A stretch of DNA of 64,000 nt, from positions 23,949,365 through 24,013,364 of the forward strand of contig NC_092678.1 of the NCBI RefSeq assembly GCF_964355755.1, given 5' to 3'. Below the pieces are notes generated by a model. The model saw nothing but the letters and a program-made list of their open reading frames with translations, had not been told where the DNA came from and ran no database searches. The position numbers and the translations under genes are program-made. This document shows, one piece after another, positions 48,424 through 59,402 of the stretch (within the stretch, counting starts at the first letter, position 1; each line of letters begins with the position of its first letter). The DNA comes from Antedon mediterranea. Taxonomy: Eukaryota; Animalia; Echinodermata.

Positions 48424-51400
48424 AAAGCAATAGTGCTAACTCTTTTTATTGATTAGTTGCTAATGATTGTAGCACCTTTTTTGTGGCGATTGTTAAATAA
48501 GTACGTAAATGGCCAACAGTAGTATCTAGCCAATTCACACCTTAATGCTGTACATCAGTAGATGGTCTTTTAATTGGGCTATTACACAACATATATTTTC
48601 GTTTTAATGAGAATACAGAGAAATATTGTAACGGTTGGACGACACCAACTGTGAGCGAAGACACTTAAGGGACACTTTTAAATATCTATATATGTTATTG
48701 TGTGAGTGTGTACGCGGTATAGGCTCGTCTGTTGATGTAGTAGCCTACCCCTTTTCAAAATGAGCAAAAACATAATATTCTTTATTTTTAATTGAATCAG
48801 TTTTTGTTAATTAGTGTAGCGCTTTCATTGAAAAATGCTTGCGTGCATCATTAATAACGACATTGTGACAATGTAGAGGGTCAATTGGGACTCAATTAAC
48901 ACTGTGTTGTTGGCCGGTCATTAAAAATAATGTCACACTTGCTAATTATTGTCCATTTTTATACAAAAAAGAATATACTTTAACTATAGAGATACTCTAG
49001 AAATAAATCTAAATAGGCCTACACTGGTGTAGGATAGTCAGCGACAGAGGAACGACCGGTCAAATACTGACTTCTTGTATGATAAAATGATAGATCTGAA
49101 CAATAACGCAAGCGCTCGTATACTTTAGGCTAGGTCTACACTATCAAACTTTATGTGAAAAAATGTGATGTGCTCATGGACATGATGATGTCATATCACT
49201 ACCATATTTGGGCCTATCACTACCCTATTTGGGCACATCACATTTTATTGTTTTGTTATTTAAAACCTCCACCCTATCAAACATTTTCAGGCATTATGGT
49301 GTACATTTATTCTTTCTTAAATCGCGTGTGTTTAAATATAAATTAACTGTAATTATGGTATCTAGAGAACATATTAAGGCCTTCGATTAAAATTGCCGAG
49401 CTATTATCCGAAAATTAAACCACTTTAAAACACTGTAATATCTCTGCAATTGTCACAAGAAACTACACGATACTCTGACAAGGACTCATCATTTTGAAGA
49501 CTATCGAAATTTACTTAAACATTTTGTAAAAACACGATAATTTCGTAAGTGCTGGGTAGTAGTTATGATGTACTATTTTAATAGTCTGCTACTTTTGAGC
49601 AGAGCTTCTTTGCATCGATACTTTTCGAAAGATAATTATGTATGACGTTTTACGGAAATACGTCACAAATCGCGCGCATTTAAACGCGCAACCTGCGTTA
49701 AGCGTAATTTCTGCGCTCGGCGTGGTTGCGTGTTCATTTATTGATGATTGGCGTAAATAGTTTGATTGATAACTTTACACCTTAGAATGACTGTCGTATT
49801 ATCTGTCGTTTAACCTCCATGGATAACAAAGACAAGTGACAACAGAATGTAATATGCTTCACCTCGACACAGCTTTAACACTTACGCTTAGTATTAAGGT
49901 CAATCAATCTTTATTTCAATAATATTATCACGATCATTTAACGAAATAATAATAAAATAAATAATAAGTGACTTACGTAGGCCTCGGTAAAATTGGGTAA
50001 AGATGTATTGGCTCCTAAAACATGAAAACAAAGATGAATAAAATCAAGCTTTTAAAATAGGCCATTTTGTGTAATGTTATAATTTTGTAACTTATTCAAT
50101 TCACCAAAACCAAGAATAATAATTATTAGAAATACGTGTACATGTAGGAGTATTAAAATAACTGTCAACTCATTGACTGTACATGTTATCTATATCCATT
50201 TATTTGAAATAATATAAAAATAAAAATACATTTTGTATAGGCCTACTGTATACTGGGCATTGTTTTGATATTGTTATCCCTGTCAGTGGATTTGAAATAA
50301 TATAAAAATAAATATACACTCTTATGCCTAATGTACGCGTAATGCTTACAATTCTATTAACAAACTAGGCCTATATAGGCCTATGTTCAGGCTTAATTAC
50401 TTTCAAACACAAACTTATAATTTAGGAAAACATGTCGACTTTGATTTTGAAAGAAGAAATAATTATTTTAAGTTATAATCTATTATGTTTTGTATTAGGA
50501 CCAATGGCCCATATACTTGATTTGAATAAATTCCATGAAAAGGGAAAGAAGAAAAAAAAATAATTTTCTATTCAACATTCTATCTGTACAGGCAGGGTAA
50601 TATAATATATTCACATGTTTCCAGCGCAATCATTACATATTAAAATGTGTACACTTTTCCAGCTATTAACACATGTATGCTACTAATGACAATGATACTA
50701 GAATCAGTGGGAGACACTATATTATTAAATGCACATTTCATAATAATCAATGATTTAGCCACTATAGCAAGGACGATCGCTACAGGACCCCGTCAAGTAA
50801 TACAAGATTGCAAATTTTGATTTTTTTTTGTATTGGAATACTAATAATGGATTGTTTTGTGGATGTCAATTGCTTCTTTTATATTCAACAAACGTTGTTG
50901 AAACGAACAATCATTAAGCGATTATTACTAAACAGATCCCAGTTCAAGCGACTTAATCCCGTGTTAATTATTTGTCTATCTTGAATAAAGACTAGTGTGA
51001 AGGGGGTCTAAGAAAAGAACATACAATGCAAGTCAACCCTCAAGCATGCGTACGTATCGAGGAGAGCAATTAAAGTATAATTGTTCCAAAACGAATCTAT
51101 CGCATGTGAACCGGATTGAATCTTCGTTGGATAAAAAGCTGCTCAAAAATGACCTGTGATCGATGCTTGAAATAAAGACATAAAGCATAGTTTGTTGTTT
51201 AAGTAGGCCTACTAAGTGTCTGTCCATGGACACTGCAATCACCCATCCTCTTCAAGACATTCCTTTCAATTCAAAGTGTGCGAACAAATAAAAATAAAAC
51301 CAAGTAATTGGGATAATGCTATTGTTTATCAACACAATTTATCAAGTAATACATAACAATTGTAATGTCGATTTTTGAAATCGACAAAAGGCGTATTTAA

Positions 51401-52210
51401 CTTTATTATAGGTACAAAGATTCAAGGCTTTAGGCTTATCTCAAGTACCAGTTAACTTCCAACTCAATACTAGACATTTTACAAATATAGCCAATTAATT
51501 CTGACTCGAACAAAACACTTTTTATCTTCTATAACGTAAGCTTGACTTGGCCTACCAGATGCTCACTATAGCTTAGAAACAGCTTGATGATTCTTCATTG
51601 GCACCACAAAAAGACACAAAGTTGACGCGCGCGTACTAAAGTTGATAATAAAGTATCCATGTTTGTACGCGCAATTACGTAAACTGTTACGTCACTGAAA
51701 AAAATGTATCGCAGTAAAGCAACAGTACGTACACTTTGATCACAATGAGTTATGGATGACTAAACACAGTCTAATGACTGCTAAACACACACAATTAGTC
51801 TAAAATGCTACCGTTAAAACGCATTTAATCGATTCATCTCTATGATCGATTCCGATACTTAATTGACTACACTTAGTTTGAAGATGGGCGTAATTAAATA
51901 TTGAGGTGTAGGTTAAAACGATAAGTATTGATAGCTCAGCATTAATCTGTAATTGACCATTTTAGTTGGACGTCAATTGCAACAACCGTTTCTTTAATAA
52001 TTGCGACTTAAATGTTCGATTAAGGTTTTAGCATTTACTTTAGTAAAATATAACTAAATCACTTTTATTTAAATCGCCATTAAATGTGAAAAAATGCTTC
52101 AGCACATTAAGTATACTAGCTATAGATAGTAGTTGAAAGTATAGATATTTAGGTAATTCACAAAATTGACATCATTACCATTGTAGTCAAACCATGGTAA
52201 AAGTAATGTA

Positions 52211-52612
52211 GTCCAAAATGGAAAAAGAATCACTAAATCCGCATGATACTCGCAGTCTATGCTTCAAATACCGTGCTGAATCGACCGCTAAATCACTGAT
52301 ACAGTTGTAGGGTTTACAATACACAATTTAAAGGCCTATTTACACAGACGAGCAGCAACGGTAATAACAATATAGAATCTATGTTATTCCTTATGACCAT
52401 TTACACACACCGCTCAGAATAGATACAGATTCTACGTGGGACAACAAGCTACGCGGTTTTCCACTTACCGTTGCTGCTCGTCTGTGTAAATAGGCCTTTA
52501 GATAGTGTAAACCCTACAACTCTATCGGTTATTTAGCGTTCGATTCTACACGGTATTTGAGGCATAGACTGCGATTATCAGTCGGATTTAGACATTTTTT
52601 TTTCATTTTGGA
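52211..52612. mobile_element. Nested elements: Harbinger-type MITE (52332-52497) inserted at the centre of an older ~110-bp-arm fold-back element
   Basis: Inner TIR aggcctatttacacagacgagcagcaacggtaa / ttaccgttgctgctcgtctgtgtaaataggcct with TAA/TTA flanks; outer arms 52213-52320 and 52505-52612 are reverse complements. Confidence 0.85.
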
Positions 52613-52967
52613 TTTGAAAAACTTGATATTGTTAAAATATAGAATCTCTAATAGTGTATCCCGTTATCCATAACATGTGGCTGGCCATGTCTTAAGTACC
52701 GTGTCTTGTTAAGAGGTGTTGAACCAAGATATTAGATAATCAACCTCAAATCAACATTGATATCAGATCAATCAAACATATTTAATTAGGGGTGTCAAGT
52801 TCTCCTTTCATTAGCATATGAAAAATAAAATATGAATTTGGTAATTTAGGTCGTGAAAATTCACAACTTATTTTTGATAAAGTGAAAACATATTGTGGTC
52901 TCAAGTGTATGTGGCCAAGCCGTCTGTAAACAAGTATACTTCAATCGTTTGTTCAACATGGTATTAG

Positions 52968-53972
52968 AAAGGTGACGATTTCGATTCAATGCTGACTCTG
53001 ACAACTTAATACCGCTTAATTAAACTTAATTGTCATTCAATTTAATAATTTGAACTAATTATCGGAATATATACTCTAATAATACTTTAATCTGCGCATT
53101 ATTAACAAATCTGTAAACCAAGCCTTCTCTGAAGTTAAATCAACAGAAACTTTTATCAATTTCTTTCAACTTTCACTGCGAATTGGCATGAATCTTACGT
53201 CATTTATATCATAAAAGATGCGCGCATTCATAATACCAATTAAACAACTTAACTTATATTTAACATTATGTAGTTCAATTGAACTCTATCGAAAAAGGTG
53301 TTCATAAGCTACACATTCCCGTTAGTCAAAAGTGTATTTACTTTAAAAACAATAGTTTTTAACATTAAAAATCATTTCATGTAGGCCTACTACGTTATAG
53401 ACCTATGGTAGAGGGCGGGCATGAAAGTAGACCGATCATAAATATATTAACTCTTGGTAACCAGATCAGTAGTGAAGGTGAATTTTACGGAAATAATCCG
53501 CCGCAAGGAAGTATATAGTGATATTATGACATAGTGTAATATTTAATATCCTAAATGTGAACTATAAAGTGTATTTCAATCGAGTGTTAATACGAAGAGT
53601 GTGAAAGGGTGACGATTTCGATTCAATGCTGAATCTTACAATATAATACCGCTTAAATAAACTTAATTATCATTCAATTTAATAATTTGGACTAATTAAC
53701 GGAACATTATTATTATACTCTGATAATATACGCCTTATACTTAACAAATCTATAGTTCTAAGTTAATCAAGTATTCACGAGAATCTTTAGAATGTTTAAA
53801 ACCCATCAGTTACGAATGGCATCGACCAATAATATGTCCACAGTTTGACTAGAACAATTATTCATATTTTGTAATAATATCAATTATGCCTAATGAAGAG
53901 AAACATATCAAAAGATGCCCGGCATCTTACGTCATTTATATCATAAAAGATGCGCATTCATAATACCAATTA
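52968..53972. repeat. Local direct duplication (52968-53245 vs 53605-53972)
   Basis: ggtgacgatttcgattcaatgctga...aataccgcttaa and atcttacgtcatttatatcataaaagatgcgc..attcataataccaattaaa each occur twice in the same order. Confidence 0.88.
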
Positions 53973-53973
53973 A

Positions 53974-54283
53974 AGATGTATTGTCCTCCAAAAACATGAA
54001 AAATTACTTTGAATAGGCAATTTTGCAGTTTTAATGAAGTTAATCACTTCCATATAAAAAAAACCTTTAAAAAATAATGTTTTCAATTATAAAAAAGACA
54101 AAATAAACGGTTAAATTCAACCAAAAAAACTCCAGTAAATTTGAAAATGTCTTGCTTTAAATTATAGTTTTTTCTAGTAAATAATTTTTTTTTCGATCCA
54201 AGTCAATAACTAGCCCTATGTGACATTAAAATGGCATATTCAACAACAAAAAATAATTATTATCAGGGGGACAATATATAACT
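53974..54283. mobile_element. TTAA-flanked non-autonomous element (Kolobok-like); fragments at ~50000-50105 and 2373-2405
   Basis: TTAA|agatgtattgtcctcc ... gggggacaatatataact|TTAA; the internal tatgtgacattaaaatggcatattcaacaa is also found at 2373-2402. Confidence 0.7.
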
Positions 54284-55389
54284 TTAACACAACTAATAAT
54301 ATTTTAACCAAATTATGTAAGTATAGCCTTGAGTTTTATATAAAAACCCTAACGTTATGTTCTGATTGTTATTATACCTTTTAATTGATAGGTTTCGGTA
54401 GTTCTTTTTATGACGATCTAATATTTATGTTGGTGTTTATCATTTAATTTGTCTTTCAATAATATTTGTTAGTACCATTCAACAAATATACCCATGTTTA
54501 ATATGCCTACCAAACACACATATTGTTTTATCTAAATTTCCATTTGTGTGTATAAGTGTGGCAAAAAAGTGTTTAGGCCTATGGGTAACCAATTTGTTTT
54601 ATAAATCATAGGCCCTATATTTAAAAAAAAAGTAACCTGTAAAATAAATTAGTGAAAACACTCCACCATCTCTGTATTGATATAATTAGTCTACATTTGA
54701 CGGCAGCTCACAATAGTGTGTGTTTTATCTTGGCCTCCTATGTATTTTGTTTACATTTAAAATGTGGACATTTTTGTACTTTTATTGGCTGCAGTTTGTC
54801 ACTGTACAAATAGCCTATACATTTAAAAATGAATTACATAAACATGTTATTACATTAAACGCCCTCTTGAGTTCTCGCTCAAATATTATCGATTTAATTA
54901 TTGATTTTATGTTGGTCACGTCTACAACATTCTATGATCACGCGGTACATAGACGGGAATGAAATTTGAATCGCCTGGGCGTTAATAAATGCCATGTTTT
55001 TGTCATTGGTACAGGTAGGTACTAAATTATCAAATAAATAACAGAACAATTATGCGATTTATTAAACAAAATGATTTAATTTAAAGCAATTATTTAAAAC
55101 TAAAATCGAGTTGTGGGGTGATGGGGTCGGGGATGGGGTCGGGGATGGGGTGGAGGAGTTAAATTAAACATCATCATCTTCCCTACCTACTACTACTTAC
55201 TACTAGGCCTAGGCTAGGTCTAGGCCTAAATAGTATGGCTTCAAAATCCAGACAGAGGACGTACGATCAATGAACCCTGATTTTAATTTTAACTATGTAG
55301 CCTATACCTGGACATCTTATGTAACTATGCAATATCCAAAATGCATAGATCACTTTTTAAATAATGAACAGGGCTAAACAATATCAGAT

Positions 55390-57420
55390 GGGTAGGCCTA
55401 GTAACAAAGTGCGAGGCAGGGAAGGCATGCGAGGCAAGTCAGACATTTATGCGAGGCATCGTTTTACCATCATCAAAAAATGCGAGGCATCATTTTATCA
55501 TTTCTCAAAATTGCAAGGCAGGAAATCACCGAAATTGAAGTAGCCTAGGCCTAGGCCCGCTAGGCTAGTTTCCTTTTGCACCTGCCTTGTATTTTAACCA
55601 ACTTTATCCTGAATACCACAGCTTAGAATTAGTAGGCCTACTTTAATGAAGAAAAATCACATAAAAGTAACAATAAATCCATTAAATTGGTGATTTTACA
55701 GACGTTGTTTTTCTCGCATTTCGCACACTCAATGTTCAATATTTTGGTTTCTATGGAACGCCAAAAGAGCAAAATTAATTAGAGGGCTAAAAACTCTGTG
55801 GAATCCATTTATATTTAACGCATTATTTGGTGAAAATCAAGTACAATTTCAATAGATTTTGTCACTGTCAGTAAGGAAAAATGTTACTGTTGATAATGTA
55901 CACGGTTTCGTTAACCTTTTAAAGAATAAAATAGAAAAATTCATCATAATATCCTTAGTAGGATGTCCTAGGTCTAGACTAGGTAGTGATGTTGATTTAG
56001 GATCGATTATTATTCTTTGAAAACAGAACAGTATCAGCAGTAACATATTACAACATTTTTATTGACAAATTAACAAATATATTGAAATGAAACGTGTTTT
56101 TCACCAATAAATGCATGAGAAATTGACGCATTCCACTGAGTTTTAGTCCTCTATTATCGTTGCTCTTTTGGCGCTCCATAGAAACAAAAATATTGAACAT
56201 TGAATAAGTGAAATTCGCGAACAGTGTGCGAGAAACACGCCTGTAAAATCATTAATTTAAGGATTTATTTGTTACTTTTTATGTGATTCTTTCATTAAAG
56301 TACTCATGAGGTATACTTCTAAGGTGTGGTATTCACACGATAAAGTTAGTTATCAAATTTGGAGTAAAAATACAAGCGAAGGAAACTAGCGCCAGGTTTA
56401 TTAGTACGTACATGGACAACAATAAATAAAAATCGTTCGTAATATACCTAGCTTACTAAAACAGGAATAGTGTATCATTATTAAATATTACACCAATTAT
56501 TATTATATCAAAATTGATTAAATTATTTTCTACATAGGCCTCTTATCTAGGTTAGGGCTAAGCATATTAGCTAAAGTTTAATTTTAGGCCTAGTATTACA
56601 ATTGTCGGACGTAAGTCTTTTTTCACACGCGCTCCAGAATTCTGTCGCAATTTTTTTCTTTGCGGCATGTTATTTGATCGGCATATCAGTTACCTTTTAT
56701 TCACCGCCAGTTATTGAACTTGTCCTGGCAATCGCTGTTCACCTTATTTGCGAGAGAGGTACACGTGTTGTTCCTAGAGAATGGAATGTCAAAAATGTCT
56801 TTGGCACGCCGCTCAGAGAGAAGTCTGTGCGTTGCTGCTGAAACCACGTGCTATAGGAGGGGAATGCACCACAATCCTCTGAGCTGAGGGCTGAATCATT
56901 CCGCTACCTGCTAAATAGTAAAGAGGGATTTTCCATCTCTCGGGTCTACCGGATCTAGGGGTGTGACAAAATATTATTTTCACTCTGCTATGTTCGAGAG
57001 ATATGTGAGTGAACACGCTCGAAATGCCAACAAACATTGCAGTCATTTGATGAGTGTGTCGCTATAACAATTATTGTTTATCGAAAGTTGAAGACTGTCG
57101 TTCAGATTTTTGAACCGTAGTTTGGGCACTTTTGTAAAAGTAAAATTTGACACGATATGACTTGAATGAAAAAACAATCGTTACATAAAAATAAACAACA
57201 TGATGAGTGTATACACGAATCTATTTAGATACGCTTGTATCGATTGATTATTAGGCCTATAATATAGCATAATAGCACGTTAAGATATGCCTCGCACCTT
57301 TTTGAAATTGTAAACTATATGCCTCGCATGCCTCGCACTTTTGGAAATGATAAAATGATGCCTCGCACAAATATTTGGCATGCCTCGCGTGCCTCGCTGC
57401 CTCGCACTTTGTCAACACTC
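55390..57420. mobile_element. MULE-type non-autonomous transposon with 9-bp TSD and tgcgaggca subterminal repeats
   Basis: TSD atatcagat at 55381-55389 and 57421-57429; acaaagtgcgaggcag ... ctgcctcgcactttgt; multiple tgcgaggca / tgcctcgca motifs in the arms. Confidence 0.85.
55595..56352. mobile_element. Fold-back element with ~250-bp inverted arms nested in the MULE element
   Basis: tgaataccaca..ttagaa..tactttaatgaa..caatgttcaatatttt.gtttctatgga.cgccaaaagagcaa (55610-55772) is mirrored at 56160-56334. Confidence 0.85.
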
Positions 57421-58129
57421 ATATCAGATTGTACGTCACGAATTTAACAAACTATTGTTTTTTAGGGAATCCGTTGTTTAGGCCTAGATAAAAGCTTGGG
57501 AAATTCTAACTTGTAAATAAAGCGCAATACATTGCTTTGTCTATTCATGGAGGAAAACGTCATGGTCTATTGCACCAAATCAATACTGTGTTTTCAATAA
57601 CACAATGTGTTATTATATTATTAGAGACGTATATATATATAAAGTGTTTAAATTTTAAAGGATCTTAAATCGTTAATTAAACAATTAGAGGTAGGCTATA
57701 TTCAAACATAGCCTATTATTATTATATAAACCTAGTTATTTCTATAACACTAAACCTACTAGTTTGGACTAATATGAATCATGTAAGTATCCGTTCATTA
57801 AAAAAGGCACCCATCATTTTGTCATTACCAGTAATTAAAGAGAGTAATACATTTGGCCTACTGTAGTTTCGGTAGTGTCTGTGGCGACCCCACCTACATC
57901 CTTCATTGTGAACATCGGTCACCGAAATATTTCGACCAAGTTCAACCATGGAAAGCTAGATCGCCATACCAATTACATAAAATTTACATTCACTTGTTAT
58001 GCAATGCAAATAAGCTTAACTAACAATTGTTTTTCTTTCTAGGGGAGATTGTTGTGTAGGACCCTCTTAAAATCAAATCTTGCTAAAAATACATTTTCAA
58101 ATGACAAGCCAATCTGTATATACAGTATG

Positions 58130-59363
58130 TATAATTATATTATACAGATATTGACTGCTTGAGGTTAAATATAAGATTAGACATCCCCGAGGGAATGGTA
58201 TTATGTTCGAGGGAATATATATTTCCCGAAGCGCCAGCTGAGGGAAATATATAATTCCCAAGAACTTAATATCATTCCCGAGGGGATGTCTAATCTTATA
58301 TTTTACCGATATAAAAGGCGATATCTGTTATATTACATAGCCAACAACAAGTAGAATATCTGCTGGGTCGGGTAGCTAGGCTAGGTAGGCCTCCTTTTTG
58401 TATTGTATGTAAACAAGCTGCCCAGACACCTTACCTTTCGAAGAATAATATACAGATAATTACTAATTAATGATTCATTGACAATAACATATTCACTAGC
58501 CTAGGTCGTTTAAATAATAACAGAAGAATTTCCATCAATAAGCCTACATTAATAATAATAATATTATCAGGTAGGCCGAATAAATAATAATTCGTCTTCT
58601 TTCGAGCCGAATCACCAGATGTTCAGTGCGTCGCGCGCGTACCCGTTACTACTGTGAGTATTAACCAATCACAAACGGTGTTTCATCACATCTAGGGAGG
58701 ACTAAAAATAAATGAGGGCGCTATGTATGCATAGTTTAAATAGTTTAGATGACTAATTTCGTGAAGCAAGTTCCGTGGCGCAGCGCATGACGCGTTGTCT
58801 TGTGATGGAGTGACAATTTAATCGCGAGTTCAAGACCCAGCAGATGACTTTTATTTATTTATCGGCAAACGCGAGTGTTGAACTGAACTGAACTTTTATT
58901 GTATCTCTTTTAAATCAGAGGCACAGTCTCAATGAGATGTGCAACAAGTTTACAGTGAAAAATAATACATACACACTTAAATATAAATACAAAAAAAAAA
59001 GAAAGACATGAGAACAAAATTACAGAAAAAAAAAAATTTAAGAAAACTGAGACAGATTAAATACGAGTAATGAGTAAATTAAGTTTGAGAAGGAATTGTA
59101 TTATATATATCATTTCGTGTGTTCCAAGCCATGGTCAGAAAAATTTTGCAATGTTTGTCGAAAATAATACTTGCCACACGAAAATTACACAGTCAATATC
59201 ATCGTACTCGAGAATGTATATGATTAGTGACAGGGACGCGAAAATTGCTCAATCAATATCATCGTTCTCGAGGATATATACTATTTACGATCCTCGCAGC
59301 GGTAGTCATGTGATGCAGTTTCAACCAATCACGTTCACGTATTTACATAGGCTATGTAATATT
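58130..59363. mobile_element. Second family of terminal-hairpin/asymmetric-IR element, containing a tRNA/SINE-like segment (~58769-58848)
   Basis: Palindrome 58144-58328; tatattacatagcc (58329-58342) is inverted at the right end (ggctatgtaatat, 59350-59362); catgtga...ccaatca near the right end as in the 2757 element; internal tggcgcagcg...gagttcaagacc A/B boxes. Confidence 0.7.
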
Positions 59364-59402
59364 AATATTTATTTTCATTAGAAATACTAATTCAACTAAA
59401 AC

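Noticed and set aside
58769-58848. tRNA gene
   Set aside because: A and B boxes are present, but no convincing acceptor or anticodon stems; treated as a SINE or pseudo-tRNA fragment.
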